Below, piece by piece: positions 37,130 through 45,997 of a stretch of DNA of 64,000 bases (the stretch's first letter is position 1; each line of letters begins with the position of its first letter). A program made the position numbers and the translations under genes. The DNA lies in NCBI GenBank assembly GCA_963666985.2, contig CAXXIA010000002.1, positions 2,304,001 through 2,368,000 of the forward strand, in the 5' to 3' direction. Source of the stretch: Spirochaetia bacterium. GTDB taxonomy: Bacteria; Spirochaetota; Spirochaetia; DSM-2461. Below the pieces are notes generated by a model. It ran no database searches. It was given only the letters and a program-made list of their open reading frames with translations, and had not been told where the DNA came from.

Positions 37130-38102
37130 TACAACATCGCCCCTAAGAGCCGGAGCTTTTTTCAGCAAGCTCCCCATAGAAGGTAATACATTGAGTCTTA
37201 CTATCGCCTTTGTGGCTTTGTGTGCTGTTTGGACGGTTTTGTCTCCCTTTTTTCTGACTTTACAGAACATTATGAATGTTTTGATGTTCGCTTCGATATT
37301 GGGTATAAGGGCTTCCGGATTGACAGTCGCCATGATATTGGGCTGTATGGACGTTTCTCAGAATTCAGTCGGTGCCATTGCGGCATTGCTTGCCGCTTTG
37401 GCCGCCGCTGCCGGTGCGCCCTGGTGGCTTGTGATTCTCTTGGTGTTTGGATTAAGTCTTTTAATGGGTTTCGTCAATTCGACACTGATCAGCGTATTCA
37501 AGATTGCGCCGATTATTACGACATTGGGAACGATGCAGATATTCAGAGGAATCGCTTGGCTAATCAAAGATGCCACGGTTATGGTTAAGGATCCGGTTCT
37601 CTTACGTTTCGGTCGGGGAAGGCTTTTTGGTGTTGTTCCTTTTATCGCACTTATTGCAGTCGGAATATTGACACTGACATGGTACATCTTGAAGTACACG
37701 TCATTCGGCCGAAAAGTGTATATGGTAGGTGGAAACGAGCAAGCTTCGTATCTTTCCGGTATTAACAGTAACAAGGTGAAATTTTTAGCTTTTACCATAA
37801 GCAGCCTCACTGCGGGAATAGCCGGTTTTTTGCTGGCCTGTCAGGTAGGAGCCGCGCTTCCTCAATCCGGAGCCGGAACAGAGATGAGCACGATCTCGGC
37901 AGTTATTCTCGGCGGTATCAGCTTGTCAGGAGGTAAAGGCAAAATATCCGGCACAATCTTGGGTGTTCTAATTCTTCAGGTGATCAATAATGGCCTCACG
38001 TTATTGAGCGTGAATGCGTACTTTCAGATGGTTGTAAGCGGTACGGTTCTTCTTCTTGCCGTTCTGATTGATATTGTTCGAAGCGGGATGCTCAAGAAGT
38101 AA
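37119..38102 (+). CDS. Monosaccharide ABC transporter permease (RbsC-like)
   Basis: 'IITTLGTM', 'FGRKVYMVGGNEQASYLSGI', 'AVILGGISLSGGKG'. Confidence 0.92.
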   Translation: MTNNTTSPLRAGAFFSKLPIEGNTLSLTIAFVALCAVWTVLSPFFLTLQNIMNVLMFASILGIRASGLTVAMILGCMDVSQNSVGAIAALLAALAAAAGAPWWLVILLVFGLSLLMGFVNSTLISVFKIAPIITTLGTMQIFRGIAWLIKDATVMVKDPVLLRFGRGRLFGVVPFIALIAVGILTLTWYILKYTSFGRKVYMVGGNEQASYLSGINSNKVKFLAFTISSLTAGIAGFLLACQVGAALPQSGAGTEMSTISAVILGGISLSGGKGKISGTILGVLILQVINNGLTLLSVNAYFQMVVSGTVLLLAVLIDIVRSGMLKK

Positions 38103-38421
38103 CTGTAATTAAACTTAAGTTTTTAGAGGTCTTTTCAAAATGCACCTTTGATTCGTATACAGCGTTTGGCGGTTCCCGAAAAGCCCATATATCTGCACTG
38201 CATTGCGGTTTTATGCTCCGGCGGCCTTGTCTGTAAAACCAAATCCATTGTTTTGAGAAGGCCTTTTTATAAAAAATATTTGATAAGGAGGGATGGACTT
38301 CTCCATGCTTTATATTCTCTTCATTCGATGTCTGTTTCTTATATCTATCTTATATGGATGATTCAATAAGAATAAAATTAAATTGGGAGATGAGCCTCCC
38401 ATGTTCTCTATACGGCAAAAA

Positions 38422-40144
38422 GGGGCTGTCTCATAAGAGGCGGCCCTTTTTCATGTCTGGAAGAATTCCCTTCTGAATTCAAGGGTGGTAGAATTCTTCA
38501 TGGACACTAAAAAGAAGGCTACATTCAAAGATTACGAAATCAGCCAACAGATGCTCCTGCCTCCAAGTCTCGATGAACTGCTTCCCGCAAACCATATATC
38601 CCGCACAATCAACAACTTCATCGACACGATGGATACCAGTGAGCTCTTCAACGCCTATCCGGGAGGCGGTGCCAGCAGCTACCACCCGGTGATGATGCTG
38701 AAGGTTCTGGTGTTGGCCTACTCGAAACAGCTGTATTCCTGTCGTCAAATCGCAGACGCTCTTCGTGAGCAGATATGCTTCATGTGGATCAGTGGTAATA
38801 ACCGTCCTGATTTCCACACGATAAACAGATTTCGTAACGGTCCATTGAAGAAGAGCATCGAGAAAATCTTTGCCTCAATGGCCAACAGCCTCATCGAGAG
38901 CGGACATGTCCAGATGGAGAACTACTTTCTCGACGGCACAAAAATCGAATCAGCAGCTAACAAATACACATGGGTATGGGGCCGGGCGACAGACAAGTTC
39001 CAGAAGCGCCTGGCCGGCAATATGGATGAGCTTTTCGAATACATCGACCGCATCAATGAAGAAGAGGATGAGAAGTACGGCGACCATGACCTTCCCCATG
39101 TGGATCCTCAAGGCAGGCCGATGTCGGAGATTCTCGAAGATGCGGTATCCAAGCTCAATGAAGAGCTGCGCAAGGATCGGGAGGAGCGAGAAAAGAAGGA
39201 GATTCAACGGAGATTGAATACCGCTAGCAAGGACTATCTCCCTCGTGCCAAAAAGTATGAGCAGCAGAAGAGAATCCTCGGCGACCGAAATAGTTACTCG
39301 AAAACAGACTATGATGCGACTTTCATGCGGATGAAAGAAGACTATATGAAAAATGGTCAGCTCAAGCCCGGGTACAACATCCAAATGGGTACTGAGAACC
39401 AGTTCATCCTCGGATATAGCATCCACCAGAGTCCCGGTGACTCCCTGACATTGCCGCTACATATGGAGAAACTGAAAAAGAATCTGAAACGCTATCCGAA
39501 AAGAATCATTGCTGATTCAGGATATGGTAGTGAAGAGAACTACCAGTGGTGTGAGGATCATGGTGTCGAGAAGTACATCAAGTTCAGCTACTTCCACAGG
39601 GAGCGGAAACGGAAGTTCAAGAAGCAGATTCATATGAAAGAGAACTGGGACTATCGTGCCTCTGATGATACATACCGGTGCCCCAAGGGTCGCCGATTCA
39701 AACACGAGGAGACCAGAATCTCGAAAACAGGTTCAGGATTTCCGACCACTGAAAAAAGGTATACAGGCCCTGGATGCCAAAGGTGTTCTCTCCGAATCCG
39801 GTGCTGCAAATACGGAGGCAAAGAGCGCATCCTGACGGTTCGTCCAAACCTGGAACGGCATAAGTCTGAAGTGCGCAAGTTGCTGACTTCAGAGGAAGGA
39901 CTGAGAATGCGCTCTCTCAGGCCGATTGAAGTCGAATCTGTATTCGGAGATATCAAGACGAATATGGGATTTCGGAGATTCCGAACCAGGGGATTGAAGA
40001 TGGTCAGTACTGAATGGGGACTGTTGAGTATGGCTCATAACATGAGGAAGCTACAGAAACGATAAGGGGATGGGAGGGAACCTCCCGTCTTCGGAGGTCA
40101 ACCAAATTTTAAAAGGGGCTGTCTCAAACTAATGAGACAGCCCC
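38422..40144 (+). mobile_element. IS1182-family insertion sequence, apparently intact
   Basis: Terminal IR GGGGCTGTCTCAT (38422-38434) / ATGAGACAGCCCC (40132-40144), extendable by AAAA/TTTT; single transposase ORF inside. Confidence 0.9.
38500..40065 (+). CDS. IS1182-family DDE transposase
   Basis: 'YHPVMMLKVL', 'PDFHTINRFR', 'FLDGTKIES.ANKY', 'SKTDYDATFMRMKED', 'ADSGYGSEEN', 'VESVFGDIK'. Confidence 0.95.
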   Translation: MDTKKKATFKDYEISQQMLLPPSLDELLPANHISRTINNFIDTMDTSELFNAYPGGGASSYHPVMMLKVLVLAYSKQLYSCRQIADALREQICFMWISGNNRPDFHTINRFRNGPLKKSIEKIFASMANSLIESGHVQMENYFLDGTKIESAANKYTWVWGRATDKFQKRLAGNMDELFEYIDRINEEEDEKYGDHDLPHVDPQGRPMSEILEDAVSKLNEELRKDREEREKKEIQRRLNTASKDYLPRAKKYEQQKRILGDRNSYSKTDYDATFMRMKEDYMKNGQLKPGYNIQMGTENQFILGYSIHQSPGDSLTLPLHMEKLKKNLKRYPKRIIADSGYGSEENYQWCEDHGVEKYIKFSYFHRERKRKFKKQIHMKENWDYRASDDTYRCPKGRRFKHEETRISKTGSGFPTTEKRYTGPGCQRCSLRIRCCKYGGKERILTVRPNLERHKSEVRKLLTSEEGLRMRSLRPIEVESVFGDIKTNMGFRRFRTRGLKMVSTEWGLLSMAHNMRKLQKR

Positions 40145-40156
40145 TTTTCGCTATCG

Positions 40157-40283
40157 TACCGGCGGTACTCTCCGCAACAACGACGTTGTTGCGGAGGTTC
40201 GTCCTGCGTCGGCTCGGTCATGTCTGAGCAAGCTCAGCCACGACGCTCGCTCTCCTTGTCCGTCGAACTCTTCGAGTCCTCCC
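40157..40283. repeat. 127-bp structured tRNA-linked repeat, copy 1
   Basis: 123/127 identical to 40351-40477; begins with TACCGGCGGT, identical to the complement of the tRNA-Leu 3' end. Confidence 0.9.
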
Positions 40284-40350
40284 GAGGTCTCCAAATGAGT
40301 AAGCGTGATTCTGTGAGTAAAAGATGGTGGCCCGGGGGATAAGATGTCTA

Positions 40351-40477
40351 TACCGGCGGTACTCTCAGCAACAACGTCGTTGTTGCTGAGGTTCGTCCTG
40401 CGTCGGCTCGGTCATGTCTGAGCAAGCTCAGCCACGACGCTCGCTCTCCTTGTCCGTCGGACTCTTCGAGTCCTCCC
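40351..40477. repeat. 127-bp structured tRNA-linked repeat, copy 2
   Basis: Direct repeat of 40157-40283; hairpins CTCAGCAACAACG-T-CGTTGTTGCTGAG and CTGAGC-AA-GCTCAG. Confidence 0.9.
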
Positions 40478-40482
40478 ATAAA

Positions 40483-40519
40483 CCAGAAAAAGCCACCCCG
40501 ACGGGATGGCTTTTTCTGG
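40483..40519 (-). terminator. Intrinsic terminator immediately 3' of tRNA-Leu
   Basis: CCAGAAAAAGCCA...TGGCTTTTTCTGG inverted repeat with A/T tracts on both sides. Confidence 0.8.
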
Positions 40520-40520
40520 A

Positions 40521-40604
40521 TACCGGCGGTCGGACTCGAACCGACACGTTCTTGCGAACAACAGATTTTGAGTCTGTCGTGTCTACCAATTTCACCACGC
40601 CGGC
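40521..40604 (-). tRNA. tRNA-Leu (anticodon CAA), 84 nt, CCA not encoded
   Basis: Minus strand GCCGGCGTGGTGAAATTGGTAGACACG-ACAGA-CTCAAAA-TCTGT-long variable arm-GTCGGTTCGAGTCCGAC-CGCCGGTA; full cloverleaf. Confidence 0.97.
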
Positions 40605-40621
40605 GGGTAAACGTGAGACGG

Positions 40622-40651
40622 ATTATAGGACGGGGCGGGGAGCGGGGTCAA
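40622..40651 (-). promoter_or_regulatory. Sigma-70 promoter of tRNA-Leu
   Basis: Minus strand TTGACC-18 nt-TATAAT, ending 17 nt before the tRNA 5' end. Confidence 0.75.
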
Positions 40652-40775
40652 CGGAATGTGAAAGAATCGGTACCCGCCGTATTTCGATGATCGCCGGTTC
40701 GGCGGGATTCGCGGCATATCCAATACCATTCCTTTCGCGTATCATGCCGTATTCTTCGGCGGAGACTTAAAAAAG

Positions 40776-41672
40776 ATGAACCGAAAAACAAATCCGACAA
40801 TGAATATCGGAATGATGGAAATCGTCTTGGCGGTTTTCATTTTGAGCTTCAGCGGGCCGTTTGTTCGGTGGGCCGGATTGAACACGGGAGCCATGACGTT
40901 CCTGCGGACGGCGATTCCCAGTGTGGTTCTGGGCCTCTGGCTGCTGATTCGAGGCGGGATTTGGCAGGGAATGACCCGAAGGAAGTTCGTTTGGATGCTT
41001 ATCGCCTCCACTTTGAATGCCGTGCGCCTTTGGCTTTTTTTTGAATCCTTCCGGATAACGTCGGTGGGGAACGCCGTTATCGTTTTGTATTCCTGGCCCG
41101 TCTTTACGGCGCTGTTCGGAGCGCTGCTTCTGAAAGAGTACTTGAACGGACGTGATATGGTGTTCCTGGGCATTGCGTTTTTTGGAATGATCGTCGTGTA
41201 TTCCGGCGGCGAGTTTTCGCTCGGCGATGATGATTTTCTCGGAATGACTCTGATGCTGATTTCCGCCATTTTGTATTCCCTGATGATTGTGCTGATTCGT
41301 CGGGAGAAGATCGAGAAGCTCCAAGCGACGTTCTGGCAGAATCTTGTCGGGGCGATTGTTTACATTCCCGCGTTCCTCGGTGTTGCCGGAACAATGGCGC
41401 CTTCCTCGTGGATTTTCGCCGGTTTGAACGGTTTTCTTGTGGGTACAGTGGGTTTTGCCCTCTTTTTCTCCGCGCTGGGACGCATCCCCGCCGCCATAGT
41501 GGGGCATATTTCGTATCTTGAAGTGGTTTTTGCTCTTATCTGGAGTTGGGCCATTTTTCATGAACCCGTGGGATGGCGCCATCTTTTGGGCGGAGGACTG
41601 ATTATTCTTTCCATGGTGATTCGCGCCGAACTGACCCGGAGAAGTTCCTTATCCGGCAAGACGGCCGCCTGA
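40776..41672 (+). CDS. DMT/EamA-family transporter
   Basis: About 10 TM segments in two EamA repeats, 'YSWPVFTALFGALLLKE', 'SYLEVVFA'. Confidence 0.9.
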   Translation: MNRKTNPTMNIGMMEIVLAVFILSFSGPFVRWAGLNTGAMTFLRTAIPSVVLGLWLLIRGGIWQGMTRRKFVWMLIASTLNAVRLWLFFESFRITSVGNAVIVLYSWPVFTALFGALLLKEYLNGRDMVFLGIAFFGMIVVYSGGEFSLGDDDFLGMTLMLISAILYSLMIVLIRREKIEKLQATFWQNLVGAIVYIPAFLGVAGTMAPSSWIFAGLNGFLVGTVGFALFFSALGRIPAAIVGHISYLEVVFALIWSWAIFHEPVGWRHLLGGGLIILSMVIRAELTRRSSLSGKTAA

Positions 41673-41721
41673 TTATAGCAAGAGCGCCTTCCGGCGTATC
41701 GATTCCGGAGGGGCTTATCGG

Positions 41722-41752
41722 AAAAAAGCGCCGCCGCCGGTAACGGCGGCGG
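41722..41752 (-). terminator. Intrinsic terminator for ppx-ppk1, between convergent genes
   Basis: CCGCCGCCG-GTAA-CGGCGGCGG stem with AAAAAA on the plus strand (U-tract on minus). Confidence 0.7.
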
Positions 41753-41810
41753 TCAATCTCGGCGAACGTTCAGGCGATTCCCGGACTCCAACTTTAAGTC
41801 CGATTAAAAA

Positions 41811-43901
41811 TCAGTCTGTTTCCGGAGGTTTGCGCCGCACCTTCAGAGCGCTTGTTTCGGTTCGTTCCCGATCCGCCGCCAATGCGGCTATCGAATTGGC
41901 GAAATATTCCTGAATACGGAACGGCTTTTCTCCTTTGGCCGGTTTCTTCATTTCCCAGGTACCGTCCGCAAGGAGTTCCCAGGCACGCGTATTGTCCCTG
42001 AAATAGGCGTCCAGCGATCGGGTGATTCTCCGTTTATGTCCGGGATCGGCAATGGGAAAGAGGAGTTCCACCCGGCGGTCGAGATTCCGGGTCATCCAAT
42101 CGGCGCTTGATAAGTACACTTCCCGGTTGCCTCCGTTGTTGTAGACGAAGGCCCGCGTATGCTCCAGGAAACCGTCGATGACGCTTATAACACGAATATT
42201 TTCACTTAAACCCTTTACCCCCGGCCTCAGGCAGCAGATGCCCCTGACATTCAGATCGATGCGGACTCCCGCGGATGAGGCTTCGTAGAGGGCGTCGATG
42301 ATTTCCGGATCCACCAGAGAATTCATCTTCGCGATAATACCGGCCTCTTCTCCGCCCCGGGCTCTTTCGGCTTCCCTGGCGATAAGGCGGAGGGTTTCCC
42401 TGCGGATTCCGAAGGGCGCCATGAACAGGGCTTTTAAATGAGGTTCGGAGGAGTAGCCGGTAACGGCGTTGAAAAAAAGCGCGACATCACGGGTGTATTT
42501 CTCTCTTGAGGTCATCAAGCCCATGTCGGTGTAGAGCTTCGCCGTGGAATCGTTGTAATTGCCCGTACCCAAATGAACATACCGGCGGATGCCTTCGTCT
42601 TCACGTCTGACGACCATGAGCGCCTTGGCGTGAACTTTCAGTATCGCAAGTCCGAAGATTACGATGGCTCCGGCCTTCTCCAGGCGTGATGCCCAGGCGA
42701 TGTTGGCGCCTTCGTCGAAACGGGCCTTCAATTCCACCAATACTGTTACCTGGATTCCCCGCTCGGCGGCTCTGATGAGCGCTTTAACGATGGGGGAATC
42801 GCCGCTGGTGCGGTAGAGGGTCATTTTGACGGCCATGACGGCCGGGTCCTCGGCGGCTTCTTCCACCATCCTGATAACCGGCGAATATGATTCGTAGGGG
42901 TGGTGAAGCAGAACGTCGCGGTCTTTGAGAGTTTCCCAGAGATCGTCCTCGTCGGTTAAATCTTCGGCGGGTTTGGGCGTCGGAACAGGAGACTTGAGTG
43001 CGTCGAATCCCGGCAGAGTCGTTAGGGCGAAGAAGGCTTTGACATCGAGGGGCCCCTCGATGCGGATGTGATTCGCCTTGGGCAGTTCCAGTGTTTCTCT
43101 GATTTTATCGGCCAGAACCGCGTCGCCTTTGGACATGATTCTGACGGGGAAACTTCGTTTTCGGCTTTCGAGAACTTCCTTCATCGCGGCAATGAAGTCT
43201 TCATCCCTCTCTTCATCGACCGTCATGTCCGCATCCCGCGTTACGCGGAACAGGCAGGACGATTCAATGGTACGGCCCGGGAAGTAGCGTTCCGCCCGGG
43301 AAAGGAGAATATCTTCGAGCAGGATGATTCCCAAGCGGCCGTCTTCCATACGGAGCTTCCGAAATCTGTTGAGTATTTTCGGTACCCGTACAATGGCCAA
43401 ATCTCCGCCGTCCAGGGAAAAAGCGGCGTAGATCCGCGTTTGGGCCACGAGTTCGTCCAAATCGCGTCCTTCGGTAAGGGCGATGGGGGTGGAGGTTGGA
43501 AAGAGTTCGTGCTCAAAAACCCGGTCGGCTTTTATGTTTTCATCACGTCCCCATTGATCCGGAGGCAAAAGAACCAGGCCCTTTTCGACGAGAGAGGGAA
43601 TGATGTCCCGGATCATTGTTCTATCAATACGCTCCGTTACACGGCGGATATCGTTCAGGAGTTCTTTCAGCACCTCGGACGGACGTTCTCCTCCGGGTGT
43701 GTATACGGCATCTCCCGCCGCCGCGTCGCGCATCAGCCTGGCCACGCGGACCATATAAAATTCGTCGTAGTTCGAGGCGGTTATGGCCAGAAATTTCAGA
43801 CGATCCAGGAGCCCCAGGTCTTCTCTGAGTCCCTCGTTCATAACACGTTCATTGAATGCGTTCCAGGAGAGTTCACGCTGGATGTATTTGCCGTCTTTCA
43901 T
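41811..43901 (-). CDS. ppk1: Polyphosphate kinase 1
   Basis: 'RELSWNAFNERV', 'LHHPYES', 'KMTLYRTS', 'ELKARFDE', phospho-His 'KVHAK', 'SSADWMTRNLDRRVE'. Confidence 0.97.
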   Translation of the reverse strand: MKDGKYIQRELSWNAFNERVMNEGLREDLGLLDRLKFLAITASNYDEFYMVRVARLMRDAAAGDAVYTPGGERPSEVLKELLNDIRRVTERIDRTMIRDIIPSLVEKGLVLLPPDQWGRDENIKADRVFEHELFPTSTPIALTEGRDLDELVAQTRIYAAFSLDGGDLAIVRVPKILNRFRKLRMEDGRLGIILLEDILLSRAERYFPGRTIESSCLFRVTRDADMTVDEERDEDFIAAMKEVLESRKRSFPVRIMSKGDAVLADKIRETLELPKANHIRIEGPLDVKAFFALTTLPGFDALKSPVPTPKPAEDLTDEDDLWETLKDRDVLLHHPYESYSPVIRMVEEAAEDPAVMAVKMTLYRTSGDSPIVKALIRAAERGIQVTVLVELKARFDEGANIAWASRLEKAGAIVIFGLAILKVHAKALMVVRREDEGIRRYVHLGTGNYNDSTAKLYTDMGLMTSREKYTRDVALFFNAVTGYSSEPHLKALFMAPFGIRRETLRLIAREAERARGGEEAGIIAKMNSLVDPEIIDALYEASSAGVRIDLNVRGICCLRPGVKGLSENIRVISVIDGFLEHTRAFVYNNGGNREVYLSSADWMTRNLDRRVELLFPIADPGHKRRITRSLDAYFRDNTRAWELLADGTWEMKKPAKGEKPFRIQEYFANSIAALAADRERTETSALKVRRKPPETD

Positions 43902-45478
43902 GCCTTTTTCAATCCTTGTCCCGAATCGTCGAATCTCAGGATAACTTTAAATCCGAAGACATCTTCGAACAGGTCGCTTTTTTCCGCGAGGCTCATGCTC
44001 TCCATTGATAAATCTCCGGGATAGGAGGTGTGGATAACCAGACGGTCATCTTTAACATCCAGTCCTTCGATGGGAACCTGCTGGGTATGGGAACGATCCA
44101 GCGCGTCGGCCACCCGAAGGAGGGCGGAGAGTTTCTGCACGACGATTCGATCGGTTCTGCCGAGGTTCATGTAAAGTCCGTGAGTTCTTTGAGGCTTGGC
44201 CCTTCTGTGATACCGGACGATATGAGCGACGATTTCCTTATCATGCGCGGAGAGACCGAAAATATCCGAGTTTCTGACGATATACTGGCTGTGTTTATGA
44301 TGACCGGTTCCGCTGATGAAGCTTCCCACGTCATGCAGGATGGCCGCGGTTTCCAGAAGGAGCCTGTGGTATCCCTTCAGGCCGAGCTCGGCGGTCATGG
44401 CGTTATAGAGAACAATTGCCTGGTTGCGAACGAATTCCGCGTGCTTCAAATCGGCCCGGTAATGTTTGGCCAGAACCCGGGCGCCGGCCAGAACCTGGGT
44501 GCTGAACAGCTCGTGAAGCGTATTGCGGCCGGCGGCATAATTCACCAAAAGACCTTGGCGTATGCTTGCCGAGGGAACCAGAATTTCATCGGCCCGCGTG
44601 GCCTGAACGAATGTGTCGAAAATCACCATGGCCGGGTAGAGGAGTTCCGCTTCATTCCAGGTTAAATCCAGATTGGAGACGATGTCTTCCGGATTGAGGG
44701 TTTCGATTTTCTCCATGAATTCGCGAAACGCTTGTCTGGGAATAACGGACATTTCATCGGTGAGCCGTTTGCCGAGCTTGGAAGCCACCAATCTTGCGTC
44801 GCTTCCAACCGCAACCAGTTTGGATATTTTCGAAAGTTCCATTTCATGGGAAACGGGCGTTACGTTTCTGACTGCGTAGTTGCGGAAGAACGATTGGATA
44901 TTGCTCGGCGCTCCGTATTGGCCGTTCAGTTTCTGAAGAAACCGGAGCGTTCCCAGCGGAAGAGCTTTCGTGCTGGAGATGTTCCCGTGGCGCAGAATCA
45001 TCAAGTCGGTGTTTCCGGCGCCGACTTCGATAATAAGGCAATTGTGCCGGCGGAATCCGGGCAGCGCTTCTTCCAATGGTTCGCGGACGGCAAGCCAGGT
45101 GAGCTGATTGGCCTCGACTCCGTCGATGACTCGAATCTCGATACCCGTTTGAAGCATCACGCGATCGATGAACATTTCCCGGTTATAGGATTCCCTCAGG
45201 GCGCTGGTTCCGATGGCGACGATTCGGTCCACGCTGTAGGGAACCATCAGTTCCCGGAATCCTTTCAGGATTTCCACCGCCCTGTTTATCGTTCGGCGAT
45301 CGATGCTTCCTTTTCGAAACACGTCCCGGCCGAGGGCCAGGGGCTGCTCCGCCCGTTCAAGGATTTCCCAGTCCCTCGGGCCTCCGTTTTCGTTGGCGTC
45401 AAAGGGGCTTTGAGCAATGAGAAGGCGAATTGCGCTTGAGCCGATATCGATGACGGCAATGATTTCTATTTCGCTCAT
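43898..45478 (-). CDS. ppx: Exopolyphosphatase / guanosine-pentaphosphate phosphohydrolase with HD domain
   Basis: 'IDIGSSAIRL', 'GTSALRE', 'EVGAGNT', HD domain 'LHDVG...HHKHS'; overlaps the ppk1 start; exact start uncertain. Confidence 0.92.
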   Translation of the reverse strand: MSEIEIIAVIDIGSSAIRLLIAQSPFDANENGGPRDWEILERAEQPLALGRDVFRKGSIDRRTINRAVEILKGFRELMVPYSVDRIVAIGTSALRESYNREMFIDRVMLQTGIEIRVIDGVEANQLTWLAVREPLEEALPGFRRHNCLIIEVGAGNTDLMILRHGNISSTKALPLGTLRFLQKLNGQYGAPSNIQSFFRNYAVRNVTPVSHEMELSKISKLVAVGSDARLVASKLGKRLTDEMSVIPRQAFREFMEKIETLNPEDIVSNLDLTWNEAELLYPAMVIFDTFVQATRADEILVPSASIRQGLLVNYAAGRNTLHELFSTQVLAGARVLAKHYRADLKHAEFVRNQAIVLYNAMTAELGLKGYHRLLLETAAILHDVGSFISGTGHHKHSQYIVRNSDIFGLSAHDKEIVAHIVRYHRRAKPQRTHGLYMNLGRTDRIVVQKLSALLRVADALDRSHTQQVPIEGLDVKDDRLVIHTSYPGDLSMESMSLAEKSDLFEDVFGFKVILRFDDSGQGLKKA

Positions 45479-45594
45479 GAGGTTGTATTCCTGTACCATT
45501 TCCGTTCGAATTCCATTAAATATCAGTATGGGGGACGAAGTTTCTTTTGTTAAAGGGCTATTCTCCATAGATTGCTGAGGATATAGTCCGGAAT

Positions 45595-45987
45595 ATGAAA
45601 ACGGTCGTCGCGGCCTATTGCTTTCGAGGAAAAGGCGCCGAACACGAAATCCTTCTCATCACGAGTTCCACCGGCAGGTGGATTATCCCCAAAGGGAAAA
45701 CCGAGAAACGCTGGGGAAAAACGACTGTTGCCCTGATGGAAGCCTGGGAAGAAGGCGGCGTTAAGGGTCATGTTGTCGGCCGTCCCCGGACTTATGTTAT
45801 CCGGAGAGGAGCGACGAGCGAATGGAAATTCTATCCCGTGGAAATCAGTGAAATCGCCGATGATTGGCCCGAGAAAAATAAAAGGAAAAGGAAATTCGTT
45901 TCCCGCAAAAAAGCGAAAACGCTTATCGATAATCCCGATTTGGCGAATGCCGTAGCGGAACTCGCTAAAATATACCGGAAAGTGTAA
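45595..45987 (+). CDS. NUDIX hydrolase (DIPP/Ddp1-like subtype)
   Basis: 'LLITSS.GRWIIPKG', Nudix box 'EAWEEGGV', 'WPEKNKRKR'. Confidence 0.82.
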   Translation: MKTVVAAYCFRGKGAEHEILLITSSTGRWIIPKGKTEKRWGKTTVALMEAWEEGGVKGHVVGRPRTYVIRRGATSEWKFYPVEISEIADDWPEKNKRKRKFVSRKKAKTLIDNPDLANAVAELAKIYRKV

Positions 45988-45997
45988 AATACCTTCC

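Noticed and set aside
40157..40477. CRISPR array
   Set aside because: Only two units of 127 bp, far longer than CRISPR repeats, and no cas genes
40414..40770. 118-aa ORF
   Set aside because: It spans the repeat, terminator and antisense tRNA; non-coding features explain the sequence
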